A stretch of DNA of 64,000 nucleotides from Ignavibacteria bacterium (GTDB taxonomy: Bacteria; Bacteroidota; Ignavibacteria; Ch128b). The position numbers were made by a program, and so were the translations under genes. Of this stretch, positions 50,887-61,428 are shown piece by piece; position 1 is the stretch's first letter, and the number at the start of each line of letters is the position of its first letter. The notes under the pieces were generated by a model, which was not told where the DNA came from, did no database searches, and worked only from the letters and a program-made list of their open reading frames with translations. Location: NCBI GenBank assembly GCA_026415235.1, contig JAOAHM010000097.1, forward strand, positions 5,878 to 69,877. The letters are read 5' to 3'.

Positions 50887-51460
50887 TATTTTTACCTCCA
50901 ATTAGTTCTCTCTTATATTCAAGCAATTCTTGATAACCATCTTCTCCAAGAAGATAAATCAATTCATTTTTGGTTGCATCGAAAACAGTTGATGTTTGAT
51001 GTTTTGATTTACTACAATAATGTAATCTTGCAATGTGTTCATCATCTACAGTTAAGGTTCCATTATAAATTGTCAGAGGAAAAATGACGCAATATAGTGG
51101 TTTGTATTTCCACATGAATTCACCTCGATCCATTGCAGCTTTTTGCAAAGAACAGTATCCATTTTTGTCAAGGAAAACACATTTATGATTGTAAATTTGA
51201 GTGCCAGCACAATAACCAGATTTGAAATCACTATCTTCTTCAATATCCTCAAACCAATTTTTCTCATCTTTAGTTTGAGTCTCGTCCATGTATTGCTTAA
51301 TGATTTCTTTATTCTCAAGAATTAATTCCATTTCTTTTAAATCAACATAAACACCATACCAACAGCATTCACCTGAACACAAACCAATATTGCAACCCGG
51401 TACAAACGGGAAAGTGAAAATTAACGGATCTACTTTTAATCCTTTAATTACTTTTTCCAT
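50870..51460 (-). CDS. DUF3109-like Cys-rich (CxxxCxxxCC) protein
   Basis: CNIGLCSGECC, CVFL...C.L, KP..C..FPL pattern. Confidence 0.75.
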   Translation of the reverse strand: MEKVIKGLKVDPLIFTFPFVPGCNIGLCSGECCWYGVYVDLKEMELILENKEIIKQYMDETQTKDEKNWFEDIEEDSDFKSGYCAGTQIYNHKCVFLDKNGYCSLQKAAMDRGEFMWKYKPLYCVIFPLTIYNGTLTVDDEHIARLHYCSKSKHQTSTVFDATKNELIYLLGEDGYQELLEYKRELIGGKNIEVTK

Positions 51461-52370
51461 TTTCTAAAAATTGTTTTACTTCGTCGGAAGTCCCAAGATT
51501 AATCACATTAACATTTGGATTTATCCTCTTAATTAATCCAGTCAAAACTTTACCTGCACCAACTTCAATGAAAGTATCAATTCCATCTTCAATCATTTTT
51601 TCGACAATCTGTTGCCATTTTACTGGACTAACAATTTGTTCGATTAATAAATTTTTGATTTCATTTAGATCTTTAAATTTATCGCCAGTTACATTTGAAT
51701 AGACAGGAAACTTAGGTTCAAAGAATTCAACTTTGTTTAGTTCTGATGCGATATTTTCATAAGCATAATTCATTAATGGAGAATGGAAAGCACCGCTTAC
51801 GACTAATTCTTTTGCTAATTTTGCACCGTTTTGTTTAGCAAGCTCAATTGCTTTTCTTACAGCATTAACATCACCAGAAATTACAATTTGACCTGGTGAA
51901 TTAAAATTCGCCGGTTTGACAATACCAATCTCAGACAAACTTTCACAAATTTCAGTAATCTTTTCAATTGATAAACCAACGATTGCTGCCATTGTACCGG
52001 GATTTCGATTTCCTGATTCTTGCATCAATCTTCCACGGAGACTAACCAATTTCAATCCATCTTCAAACCGAAAAACTCCTGCAGCAGTTAAAGCTGAGTA
52101 TTCACCAAGTGAGTGTCCTGCAACACCGTTTACTTCTAAATCTTTAATCAATTCAAAAACAGCAAGGCTATGAACAAACAATGCAGGCTGAGTATTTTGG
52201 GTTTGTTTTAAGAGTTCTTCAGGTCCTTCAAAACAAATTGATTTCAAATCATAGCCGAGTATATCATTTGCCTTATCGAAAATTTCTCTGCATACAGGGA
52301 AATCATTGTATAAATCTTTCCCCATTCCAACAAATTGAGATCCTTGACCTGGAAAAACTAAAGCTTGCAT
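51444..52370 (-). CDS. fabD: Malonyl-CoA:ACP transacylase
   Basis: FPGQGSQ, GHSLGEY, VSGAFHS; start ATG 52370 overlaps fabH stop (TAATG). Confidence 0.96.
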   Translation of the reverse strand: MQALVFPGQGSQFVGMGKDLYNDFPVCREIFDKANDILGYDLKSICFEGPEELLKQTQNTQPALFVHSLAVFELIKDLEVNGVAGHSLGEYSALTAAGVFRFEDGLKLVSLRGRLMQESGNRNPGTMAAIVGLSIEKITEICESLSEIGIVKPANFNSPGQIVISGDVNAVRKAIELAKQNGAKLAKELVVSGAFHSPLMNYAYENIASELNKVEFFEPKFPVYSNVTGDKFKDLNEIKNLLIEQIVSPVKWQQIVEKMIEDGIDTFIEVGAGKVLTGLIKRINPNVNVINLGTSDEVKQFLENGKSN

Positions 52371-53377
52371 TAATCTAAACTCCATTTTAAGTAAATTCCA
52401 CCCCAAGTGAAGCCAGCACCAAAACTGGCTAAAATTAAATTATCACCTCTTTTTAGTTTGCCTTCATCGTAATAATCAACAAGACAAAGTGGAATAGTTG
52501 CAGCAGTTGTATTTCCATATTTATGAATATTAACCATTACTTTTTCTGGTTCAATTCCCATTCTCTGTCGAGTTGCTTCAATGATTCTCAAATTTGCCTG
52601 ATGTGGAACTAAGTAAGAAACATCTTCAGGTTTAAGATTATTTCTAACCATAATTTCATAAGCTACTTCAGCCATACCAATAACTGCCACTTTAAAGACA
52701 GCTTTGCCATCTTGATAAATATAATGCATTCGTTTTTCAACAGTTTCATGAGAAGCTGGATTTAAACTACCACCTGCTGCCATGTAAAGATATTTACCAC
52801 CAGAACCATCGCAATAAAGTAACTCATCTATTATTCCATCATTTTTATCTTCAGTCCTTTCAAACAAAGTACAAGCAGCTGCATCACCAAAAAGAATACA
52901 TGTGTTGCGGTCAGTGTAATCAGTTATAGAAGACATCTTATCAGCACCAACGACTAAAACTCGTTTATAGAGTCCACTCTCAATGAATGCACGTGCAGTT
53001 GAAACAGCAAATACATAACCTGAACAAGCAGCAGATAAATCAAAACCCCAAGTGTTTTCCATTTCAAGCTTATCCATTATTACACAAGCTGTTGATGGGA
53101 AAAACATATCGGGAGTGACGGTTGCAACTATCATTACATCAATTGTATTCAAATCAACATTAAATCTTTTGACCATATCTTCGATAGCTCCAACGGCTAA
53201 ATCAGAAGTTGCACCTTTTTCCAAAATTCTTCTTTCTTTGATACCTGTTCTTGTGATTATCCACTCATCGGATGTATCAACGATGGATTCAAAATACTTA
53301 TTATCGAGAACTTTGTCAGGAACATATTTACCAAATGCAACAATTCTTGCGTTATATTTAGAATCTCGATTACTCAT
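52370..53377 (-). CDS. fabH: 3-oxoacyl-ACP synthase III
   Basis: TGIKERR, AACSG, PHQANLRI, GNTTAA. Confidence 0.96.
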   Translation of the reverse strand: MSNRDSKYNARIVAFGKYVPDKVLDNKYFESIVDTSDEWIITRTGIKERRILEKGATSDLAVGAIEDMVKRFNVDLNTIDVMIVATVTPDMFFPSTACVIMDKLEMENTWGFDLSAACSGYVFAVSTARAFIESGLYKRVLVVGADKMSSITDYTDRNTCILFGDAAACTLFERTEDKNDGIIDELLYCDGSGGKYLYMAAGGSLNPASHETVEKRMHYIYQDGKAVFKVAVIGMAEVAYEIMVRNNLKPEDVSYLVPHQANLRIIEATRQRMGIEPEKVMVNIHKYGNTTAATIPLCLVDYYDEGKLKRGDNLILASFGAGFTWGGIYLKWSLD

Positions 53378-53389
53378 TAACGATGCTCC

Positions 53390-54418
53390 TTAAGTTGTAG
53401 ATAAATGAAAGCTTTGAATAGCGTCTTTAATTCTTTCGACAATTCGATGTTGATGAGTTTCGTAGGCACGGATTATCATGTTTTTTATAGCAAGTTCGGA
53501 ACTTGAACCATGACCGATTATTGTAATTCCATTAACTCCAAAAAGTGGTACTCCACCATATTCTTGATAATCAAATACTTTAAGAATATCCTTAAGAATT
53601 CCTTTTGCTAATCCAATGCGAAGTTTGTTTGTAAAACTTTTTTCTGCTGATTCTTTAAATCTTTTTACAAGGAAATGGAGAAATCCTTCAGCGAATTTCA
53701 ACACTACATTGCCAACAAATCCATCACATACAATCACATCAACTTCACCTTTCAATACATCTCTACCTTCCACATTACCATAAAAATTTAATTTCGATTC
53801 TCTCAGTAATTTATTCGCAGCAATAGTAACTTCATTGCCTTTTGAATCTTCTTCACCAATACTAAGCAATCCAACTTTCGGAGATTTTACTCCAAAAATT
53901 TCTTGCATATAAACCGAACCCATTACAGCAAATTCGTATAGATTATTTGGTTTCGTATCGACATTGGCACCAACATCAAGAACTAAACATTTATTTTTCA
54001 AAGTTGGAACTATTGTGCCTAATGCAGGTCTACTTATTCCTTCAATCCTTCCAAGACGAATGGTTGAAATAGCCATTACTGCACCTGTATTTCCAGCACT
54101 TACGAATGCGTGAGCTTTTCCTTGTTTTATTAATTCAGCACAAACAGCTAAGGAATTTTCTTTGCTTTTGAGTGCTGTTGTAGGTGCATCCCCCATTTCA
54201 ATTGTTTCAGAAGCATTAACAATATTTTGAAGTGGAAAGTCAATCTTCTCTTTTTCAATTATTTTTAAAAGCTCTTCTTGTTTCCCGACAAGAAGAATAT
54301 CAAATTTTCCATTGCTTTCTTGTAAAGCTAAATATGCACCTCTGATAGTAACCAGAGGTGCATAATCACCACCCATCGCATCTAATGCAATTACACATTG
54401 TTGAGGATAACTATCCAA
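53390..54418 (-). CDS. plsX: Phosphate acyltransferase PlsX
   Basis: DAMGGD, SAGNTGA, DVGANVD, CDGFVGN, GHGSS. Confidence 0.96.
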   Translation of the reverse strand: MDSYPQQCVIALDAMGGDYAPLVTIRGAYLALQESNGKFDILLVGKQEELLKIIEKEKIDFPLQNIVNASETIEMGDAPTTALKSKENSLAVCAELIKQGKAHAFVSAGNTGAVMAISTIRLGRIEGISRPALGTIVPTLKNKCLVLDVGANVDTKPNNLYEFAVMGSVYMQEIFGVKSPKVGLLSIGEEDSKGNEVTIAANKLLRESKLNFYGNVEGRDVLKGEVDVIVCDGFVGNVVLKFAEGFLHFLVKRFKESAEKSFTNKLRIGLAKGILKDILKVFDYQEYGGVPLFGVNGITIIGHGSSSELAIKNMIIRAYETHQHRIVERIKDAIQSFHLSTT

Positions 54419-54438
54419 ACCTTATCCCATTAATTAGT

Positions 54439-54621
54439 TTATGATGCTTTGGGGACAAACATCGTGCGACCTTTGTAGAAACCGCAATTTGGACAAGCAC
54501 GATGTTGTAATTTTGGTTCACCGCAATTTGCACAAGTTGAAAGTGCGGGAACAGCTGCTTTAAAGTGAGCTCTTCTTTTTCTTGTTCTGGATTTTGAATG
54601 TCTTCGTTTGGGATTTGGCAT
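54439..54621 (-). CDS. rpmF: 50S ribosomal protein L32 (zinc-binding type)
   Basis: PKRRHSKSRTRKRR, CANC..CPNC. Confidence 0.97.
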   Translation of the reverse strand: MPNPKRRHSKSRTRKRRAHFKAAVPALSTCANCGEPKLQHRACPNCGFYKGRTMFVPKAS

Positions 54622-54634
54622 CTTTAATCCTTTC

Positions 54635-55132
54635 TTATTGTTTTAGTAATTCCTTCAATGATAACCATCGAGGATCAACTTTATCTATTTCGCAAGTACA
54701 TTTTTCTGTGTTCAAATCTTTACCGCATTTTGGGCAAAGACCAGCACAATCATCTTTACAAAGATTTTTCATCGGTATTGCAAGCATAGCATACTCACGA
54801 ACATCATTTGAAATATCAATAAAATCTTGGTCTTTTCTAATCACCGTTACTACATCTTCATCATAAAGATGTTTGTTTGTTATATCGTGTATGTAAAACA
54901 TGTGATATTCGTTATAAAACTCACGGTCATATTGTCTAAGACATCTATCACATTCACAATGTCTATGAACACTTAATGATGTTCTCAGTAAGATATGCTC
55001 TTTTGTTTTCTCAAGAAGAACTTGAACTTTAACTTTACCAAAAAACTCTGAGGGTAATTCAAGCTCTTCTACACTCGCATCTAAATTATAAAAGTGCCTC
55101 CCTTCTGAAAGGGAGGTTATCTTTATTTTCAT
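54635..55132 (-). CDS. yceD: YceD/DUF177 family protein
   Basis: CDRCL, CKDDCAGLCPKCG, VDPRW; upstream of rpmF. Confidence 0.93.
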   Translation of the reverse strand: MKIKITSLSEGRHFYNLDASVEELELPSEFFGKVKVQVLLEKTKEHILLRTSLSVHRHCECDRCLRQYDREFYNEYHMFYIHDITNKHLYDEDVVTVIRKDQDFIDISNDVREYAMLAIPMKNLCKDDCAGLCPKCGKDLNTEKCTCEIDKVDPRWLSLKELLKQ

Positions 55133-55154
55133 TTTAACTCGATTAAAACAGTTG

Positions 55155-55162
55155 CAAATATA
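55155..55162 (-). promoter_or_regulatory. Putative -7 promoter element TATATTTG upstream of yceD-rpmF-fab operon
   Basis: TAnnTTTG match 22 nt upstream of yceD ATG. Confidence 0.5.
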
Positions 55163-55204
55163 TTTAATAAATGAATGTTTATCAATTAACTTCGTTAATA
55201 ATTA

Positions 55205-56539
55205 TTATTTACTATTTTCTTTGTAAATTTTCAATATGTAATCAGCAACAGCTTCAGCTTCTGGAGGAATTAAACCTTGAGCTGGCATTGGTGGGTATGC
55301 TGGGTCAACTTTAACTGGATTGAGAATGAATTTTACCAACTGATCTCGATTATTCTCATACTTTTTAAGAACTATATTGTATGGTGGGCCGACAAGTTTA
55401 GTATCAAATCTATGACACGCAGAGCACTTAGCATTAAAAATATCTTCAGGATTAATTGAAACAGTTTGAATGTTAAGTTTGGCTTTCAGATTTTCTTCAT
55501 AAGTAACAAATTTCTGAGTTATTTCAATTGTTTTTGGTCTCAAAACATTTCCGATACCCGATATATCTCTTGTTGAAACTGACAAGATAACTGCTATAAA
55601 AAGGAAAAATGAATATCTGATGTAAAATTGATTTGATTCTTTTTTGAAAGCATTGAGTTGATTCAAAATTAGGAATAGTAAAATTAAAGCAAACCCGCTT
55701 GATAGAAATAAAAGATAGGATAAGCTATTCTTTGGAAATAGGAATAACTCAATTAAAATTAAAAGTGGTTGCAACAAAATAGTTATAATTGCACCATTCA
55801 ATGATATTTGTTTGATAAATTCACCCAATCCCTCAGATAAATCGAGTCTGGTTTCGCTCCAAGAAAAATTGAAGAATAAACTTCCAAGAAAAGATAGAGA
55901 AAATGCAATTGTCAAATAATAAGTGTATCTAACGAAGCTATCCAAACTGAAAAGGTTAGCAATAAAATCAACCCTGAAATCACCTTTTATATAATCGAGT
56001 TTTGCAGTTGTTAAAATTGAAAAGAGATATAAAGTAATTAACAAGCCAAGTAAGCTCAGCAACGCAGACTTTTTGTGTTTACTCAAATTTTTGTTCATTA
56101 AAAGAAGATAATCTTTATCTTCTTTATCACCCACTGTTTTTTGAAGCACTGAAATCAATTCAAAGGTTGTTTTATAAGAATTAGCAAAATAGATTGATAA
56201 AATTAAAATGATAAAGGTAAATAAAGTTAGATTATGAATTGATTGAAACTCTTCTCCGACCAACCAAATCAAATCTACTGAATAAATTACAACAAAAGGA
56301 ATTACTCCCAGAACAATTGGGAAATATAAATTTTTCAATGGCAAGTTTAACAGAATTTTGGCAAAGTAAGTATGAGCATCATCTCTTCGAATGAATTCAA
56401 AGTAGTAACTCAAAATCACTGACCCAGTCAACCATAAGAAATAAAAATAAAAAATTGAGTGAGCTAAAATCTGAATCAACTGAAGTACATTTGAATATTG
56501 ATAATTAAAAGGAATAATCATTTCATTAAGAAGCAACAT
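55205..56539 (-). CDS. Polytopic membrane protein (about 9 TM) with C-terminal c-type cytochrome
   Basis: Hydrophobic N-domain; CSACH...VGP...MP class I heme c domain; start ATG 56539 (SD GAGG) or GTG 56551. Confidence 0.85.
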   Translation of the reverse strand: MLLLNEMIIPFNYQYSNVLQLIQILAHSIFYFYFLWLTGSVILSYYFEFIRRDDAHTYFAKILLNLPLKNLYFPIVLGVIPFVVIYSVDLIWLVGEEFQSIHNLTLFTFIILILSIYFANSYKTTFELISVLQKTVGDKEDKDYLLLMNKNLSKHKKSALLSLLGLLITLYLFSILTTAKLDYIKGDFRVDFIANLFSLDSFVRYTYYLTIAFSLSFLGSLFFNFSWSETRLDLSEGLGEFIKQISLNGAIITILLQPLLILIELFLFPKNSLSYLLFLSSGFALILLFLILNQLNAFKKESNQFYIRYSFFLFIAVILSVSTRDISGIGNVLRPKTIEITQKFVTYEENLKAKLNIQTVSINPEDIFNAKCSACHRFDTKLVGPPYNIVLKKYENNRDQLVKFILNPVKVDPAYPPMPAQGLIPPEAEAVADYILKIYKENSK

Positions 56540-56550
56540 TTTCTCCCTCA

Positions 56551-57420
56551 CTAAAAAAGTTTATCAATTGATAGTTGAATAACTACTAAAAGAATAAAAG
56601 TATTTATCGCTCTAAAGCCTGAAATTAAAATTAATTTTTCTTCATTTCTTTTAAGAAGTTTTGTAGAATTCCAAATCAACCAAATTGAAGTGATAAGCAA
56701 ACCATAATTAAAAATTTGATTATTAATTAAATTAAATAAAGGCATTGCAAGCGAAGCAACAGCAAGTGCAATCATCCAAATGAAAGTTAAACGAAAGATT
56801 TGTTCTTTTGAAAAAAAGTCAGTGAGTGTTGGGAAACCTGCAGATTTGTAGTCCTCATCAAAGAAAAGCATTAATAACCAGAAATGAGGGATTTGCCATA
56901 TAAACAAGAAGAATGCAATCATTAATATTGAACTATCAAATGGATAACCACCAGCAGCTACCCATCCAATCATGGGAGGAATTGAACCAATCAATGAACC
57001 AGGCACAACAGCAAGCGCAAACTTCCTCTTTAACGGTGTATAGATTATGTTATACCAAACCAATGCAAGTATACCAAATGCTGCTGCAGTTAAACTATAT
57101 CCAAATAAAAGTATTAATACACCACCCACCGCAAAAATTAAACCCAAAGATAAAGCAACAAATGGTTTTATTTTACCTGAAGGTATGGGTCTATTTTTTG
57201 TCCTCTCCATCAAACTATCGTAGTTTCTTTCCTGATAATGATTAATTACAGCAGAACCACTTGAAAGCAACAATACGCCAAGTAAAATTCCTATCAAATC
57301 AATTTCTATCTTCTTTGAGTATAATATGTAACCGAGAAAAGTTGTAACCGTAACAAAAGAAGTTATCTTGAATTTTGATAATTCCAAAAGTATTTCAAAA
57401 GAATGCTTTAAATTTTTCAT
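56551..57420 (-). CDS. ctaB: Protoheme IX farnesyltransferase (heme O synthase)
   Basis: ERNYDSLMERTKNRPIPSG, YTPLKR, GSIPPMIGW, WQIPHF. Confidence 0.93.
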   Translation of the reverse strand: MKNLKHSFEILLELSKFKITSFVTVTTFLGYILYSKKIEIDLIGILLGVLLLSSGSAVINHYQERNYDSLMERTKNRPIPSGKIKPFVALSLGLIFAVGGVLILLFGYSLTAAAFGILALVWYNIIYTPLKRKFALAVVPGSLIGSIPPMIGWVAAGGYPFDSSILMIAFFLFIWQIPHFWLLMLFFDEDYKSAGFPTLTDFFSKEQIFRLTFIWMIALAVASLAMPLFNLINNQIFNYGLLITSIWLIWNSTKLLKRNEEKLILISGFRAINTFILLVVIQLSIDKLF

Positions 57421-58043
57421 TTCTTAGTCAAAGTTGTATCAGTTTTTGAATTATACCACTTATCAAACTCGTTTTGATGTATAGCATAAAGTTTCGAATA
57501 CATGTAGGAATGTCTAAGCCCACAATATTCTGCGCAAGCAATATCATAAACACCAGCTTCGTTTGCGATAAACCACAGGGAATTATCTTTATTTGGAATA
57601 ACATCTTTCTTAATTCTGAATGCAGGTATGTATAATGAGTGATTCACATCGAGAGATTTAAGATTGAGTTTAATTGGTTTTTGAATCGGTACAACAAGTG
57701 TATCAGTCTTTTTTCCGTTTGGATAAATAAATTCCCATGCCCACATCTTACCATTAACATTAATTTCAAAAGCATCTTTAGGCGCAGCAGTCATTTTTTT
57801 GTATCCGTACCAACCGTAATAAAACATTCCTACAACAAGGATTGTTGGAATTACCGTCCAAATAATTTCGAGAGTAGTGTTTCCTTTAATATTTTTTGGT
57901 CTGGGATTTCTTTTACGATTAAATTTAATTACAAATAATATCATCAAAATTGTGATAAGAATAAGAAGAGCTAATGAAATCCCGAGAATGAACAAAAAAA
58001 CACCGTCAACTTCTTTAATAAAATTTGATGCGTCTGATAACAT
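57417..58043 (-). CDS. coxB: Heme-copper oxidase subunit II (CuA, no fused heme c)
   Basis: LEIIWTVIP, W.W.F.Y, DVNHS, CAEYCGLRHSYM; no CxxCH. Confidence 0.95.
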   Translation of the reverse strand: MLSDASNFIKEVDGVFLFILGISLALLILITILMILFVIKFNRKRNPRPKNIKGNTTLEIIWTVIPTILVVGMFYYGWYGYKKMTAAPKDAFEINVNGKMWAWEFIYPNGKKTDTLVVPIQKPIKLNLKSLDVNHSLYIPAFRIKKDVIPNKDNSLWFIANEAGVYDIACAEYCGLRHSYMYSKLYAIHQNEFDKWYNSKTDTTLTKK

Positions 58044-58049
58044 AATCTC

Positions 58050-58346
58050 CTACCTTATAAATGAATAATCTGAGAAAGTTAATACAATAAAAATTGCCAA
58101 AGTTAAGAAAGCAACAAAAACAAAAATTCGGAAAACTCTATCATCAAATTTCAAATGCATAAAAATTAACATAACAAGTAAGGCTTTGATAGATGCAATA
58201 CCTAAAGCAATAACGATCGAAAAACCACCTAAGTCAAAATTTGCAACAGTTACAGTTAAAGCAGTTAATGCAACAAGTGTGAGCCAAACAAATATGTATG
58301 TACCATAACCAACAATATGATTTTCATTATGCTTCATTTTTTTCAC
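58050..58346 (-). CDS. coxD: Heme-copper oxidase subunit IV
   Basis: 3 TM, LT.LT, IA.IKA.LV...FMHLK. Confidence 0.88.
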   Translation of the reverse strand: MKKMKHNENHIVGYGTYIFVWLTLVALTALTVTVANFDLGGFSIVIALGIASIKALLVMLIFMHLKFDDRVFRIFVFVAFLTLAIFIVLTFSDYSFIR

Positions 58347-58347
58347 C

Positions 58348-58974
58348 TCAATGAATTAAATAGAACAATGGGAATAAGAAAATCCAGATTATATCAACTA
58401 AATGCCAATATAATCCACTATTCTCAAGCATTATGTAATAGTCTTGATTTACCTTACCTGACTTTACATAGAAAAACATAAACACAAGAATTATCAAACC
58501 AATTATGACATGAAGTGCATGCAAACCAGTCATTACATAATATAAACCGAAATAAACTATCTCGCCTCTGGGTAAAGTTAAAAGTTCATTTGAACCTGGG
58601 AATAATCCATGATGAAATTTTGCAGACCATTCAAAATATTTATTCACCAAGAATAATAATGCAAAAAAGATTGTAAGAAAAATAAAAGTTAGAGAAAGAT
58701 TTTTACTTCCTCGTCTCAATGCAGTAATAGACATTGCCATAGTTAAGCTACTTGTCAATAAAACAAGTGTGTTAATCAAGCCTATGAATACATCAAGTTC
58801 TTTTGATGCTAATGCAAAGAAATCTCTATAAGTAAATCTGTAAACAGCATATACCAAAAACATTCCGCCAAATAGAATAAGCTCAGTAAACAAGAATAAC
58901 CACATTCCAATTTTTGCACCAACATCGTCACGGTGCACATGCTCGTGGACTGCTGCATCAACTGTTTGATTCAA
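58348..58974 (-). CDS. coxC: Heme-copper oxidase subunit III
   Basis: [41 protein letters not shown]. Confidence 0.94.
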   Translation of the reverse strand: MNQTVDAAVHEHVHRDDVGAKIGMWLFLFTELILFGGMFLVYAVYRFTYRDFFALASKELDVFIGLINTLVLLTSSLTMAMSITALRRGSKNLSLTFIFLTIFFALLFLVNKYFEWSAKFHHGLFPGSNELLTLPRGEIVYFGLYYVMTGLHALHVIIGLIILVFMFFYVKSGKVNQDYYIMLENSGLYWHLVDIIWIFLFPLFYLIH

Positions 58975-60632
58975 TTCTTGACCTCCTCTAATTCTTCATA
59001 ATGAGTATAGTCATAAGGATCTTTTTCAACAACGGGAATCTTTTCAAAGTTTTCGTGAATTGGTGGAGAGGGAATTGTCCATTCAAGAGTAACTCCACCC
59101 CAAGGATTTGCTACAGCTTTCTCACCTTTTCTTAATGCAATAATCAGATTAGTGAACATTATTATTAATCCAGTAATTAATATCCAGCTACCTACAGTTG
59201 AGATGAAATGCCAAATGTGAAACTCTGGTAAGTAATCGTAATACCTTCTTGGCATTCCGAGATAACCTGCAATAAAAAGCGGAAAGTAAAGTAATTGGAA
59301 TCCAATAAACAGAAATACCCAAGCAATTTTTGCAACTTTCTTGTTATACATTCTTCCAAACATCTTTGGGAACCAATGATGCAAAGCACCAAAAATTCCA
59401 AAACCTGTTCCACCAAACATCACATAATGAAAATGAGCTACAATGAAAGAAGTATCGTGAATGTGAATATTTAATGCTAAAGCACCTTGCATCAATCCAG
59501 TAAAACCACCAATAGTAAAATTAAAAATGAAAGCAAGAGCAAATAACATTGCAGGTTCAAGTACAATTGAACCTTTGTAAAGTGTAGCAACCCAATTGAA
59601 AACTTTTATTGCACTTGGAATTGCAACGAGAAATGTTAGTAGTGAGAACAACCACATCGCAGTATTACTCATTCCAACAGTAAACATGTGATGCGCCCAA
59701 ACCAGTGAACCAAATAATGCAATTGCCATACTCGAATATGCAATGAATTTATAACCAAAAATTGTCCTTCTTGCATAAACAGGAATAATCTCCGAAATAA
59801 CACCCATTGCTGGTAATATCATAATATAGACAGCTGGATGTGAATAAATCCAGAAAAGATGTTGATAAACAATTGGATCACCACCAAGAGCAGGATCAAA
59901 AATTCCAACTCCAAACCACCTTTCAATAGCAACAAGCAAAAGAGTAATTCCAACAATTGGTGTAGCTAAAATTTGTACCCAACCAGTTGCATAAAGTGAC
60001 CATGCAAATAAAGGCATCTTAAACCAACTCATTCCTGGTGCTCTAAGCCTGTGAATTGTTGTGATAAAATTCAATCCTGTCAATATTGAAGAAAATCCTA
60101 AGATGAAAGCACCAATTAATGCTGGAATTACATTTGTTGAAGTTCGAACTGAATATGGAATGTAAAATGTCCAACCTGTGTCAGCAGGACCACCTGGAAG
60201 AAATAACGAAATCAATGCAACGAAACCACCAATCACAAAGAGCCACCAAGAGAGTAAATTCAATCTTGGGAAAGCAACATCCTTTGCACCAATCATAATT
60301 GGTAAGAAAAAGTTACCAAAAACGGCTGGCAAACCTGGAATAATAAACAGGAAAATCATTATTACCCCATGAAGAGTAAAAATTTGATTGTAAGTTTGGG
60401 GCTCCATGATTGTTTTACCAGGTGAGATAAGTTCTAATCGCATTAAGAATCCAAAGACAACACCAACCGCAAAAAAAGTGAGCATCGAAATTAGATAAAG
60501 TATACCAATCTTTTTATGGTCAGTTGAAAAAATCCAATTAAAAATTCCTTTGTATTTTTTTGGTGAATGTAAATAGTCTAAATGATTTCCATTACTTCCA
60601 TTATCACCAGTATGAACATTAATAGCTGTCAT
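58971..60632 (-). CDS. coxA: Heme-copper oxidase subunit I, type A2
   Basis: [23 protein letters not shown] (D channel), YSHPAVY (A2 YS motif), [14 protein letters not shown] (K channel), HFHYV. Confidence 0.97.
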   Translation of the reverse strand: MTAINVHTGDNGSNGNHLDYLHSPKKYKGIFNWIFSTDHKKIGILYLISMLTFFAVGVVFGFLMRLELISPGKTIMEPQTYNQIFTLHGVIMIFLFIIPGLPAVFGNFFLPIMIGAKDVAFPRLNLLSWWLFVIGGFVALISLFLPGGPADTGWTFYIPYSVRTSTNVIPALIGAFILGFSSILTGLNFITTIHRLRAPGMSWFKMPLFAWSLYATGWVQILATPIVGITLLLVAIERWFGVGIFDPALGGDPIVYQHLFWIYSHPAVYIMILPAMGVISEIIPVYARRTIFGYKFIAYSSMAIALFGSLVWAHHMFTVGMSNTAMWLFSLLTFLVAIPSAIKVFNWVATLYKGSIVLEPAMLFALAFIFNFTIGGFTGLMQGALALNIHIHDTSFIVAHFHYVMFGGTGFGIFGALHHWFPKMFGRMYNKKVAKIAWVFLFIGFQLLYFPLFIAGYLGMPRRYYDYLPEFHIWHFISTVGSWILITGLIIMFTNLIIALRKGEKAVANPWGGVTLEWTIPSPPIHENFEKIPVVEKDPYDYTHYEELEEVKN

Positions 60633-61423
60633 AGTTTATTTTCCCCTGTTCTTTTCTTTGATTTTGAGATTAAGAAAATGACAAAAATACCAACGGCAAG
60701 TAATGTAATAATTCCGATTATTCGAGTAATATTTAGAGCATAAGTTCTACCTTCAGCATCATAGGCATAGCAGAATTTTATTAGTTTCGCTATGGTAGGT
60801 CCAACTTTACCTTCCCCTGCTTCAAGAATTGCCATTTTTATATTAAATGGCAAATAATCAATGCCGAGTAGGTATCTTGTAATTTTTCCTTCAGGTGAGA
60901 TAAAAATCAATGCACCTGGATGAACAAATTGATCTTCTTCTTTGAAGAAATAAAATCCAACTGAATTCGTAACTGAATAAATATTTGAAGAATCACCAAC
61001 TAAAAAAGTCCAAGCTTCATCAGGTGGTTTGTTCTTAAGAAGTTTGATGTAATTTGCTTTTTTAGATTTTGCCAAAGCTGCACTTTCTTCAGGATCAAAA
61101 CTAATTGTTACTATTTGAAAATCTCTGCCAAGTTCTAAATCCACTTTATTTAGTTCTTCTGCTAACTCGGTTAAGAGAGGAGTACAAATACCTTTGCATT
61201 CATAAAAGACTAAAGTCAAAATGGTAGGTTTTTTTATGACTTCTCGAAGAGTAACTTCTTGACCATTCTCATTGGTGAATTTTGCGTCAAGAGGTATGAA
61301 ATTTCCTAATTGTTCTTCAAGAGCAGCCTTTTTTTGAGGCTCTGGACTTGCAAGTAGATTTATACTGATAATCAAAATTTGAATTAATAATAATCTTAGA
61401 ATTTGTTTAATATTTCTATTCAT
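60629..61423 (-). CDS. SCO1/SenC family copper chaperone with C-terminal TM
   Basis: [10 protein letters not shown] (CxxxC), FVHPG, LCxxY-like FCYAYD, C-terminal TM. Confidence 0.9.
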   Translation of the reverse strand: MNRNIKQILRLLLIQILIISINLLASPEPQKKAALEEQLGNFIPLDAKFTNENGQEVTLREVIKKPTILTLVFYECKGICTPLLTELAEELNKVDLELGRDFQIVTISFDPEESAALAKSKKANYIKLLKNKPPDEAWTFLVGDSSNIYSVTNSVGFYFFKEEDQFVHPGALIFISPEGKITRYLLGIDYLPFNIKMAILEAGEGKVGPTIAKLIKFCYAYDAEGRTYALNITRIIGIITLLAVGIFVIFLISKSKKRTGENKL

Positions 61424-61428
61424 GATTT

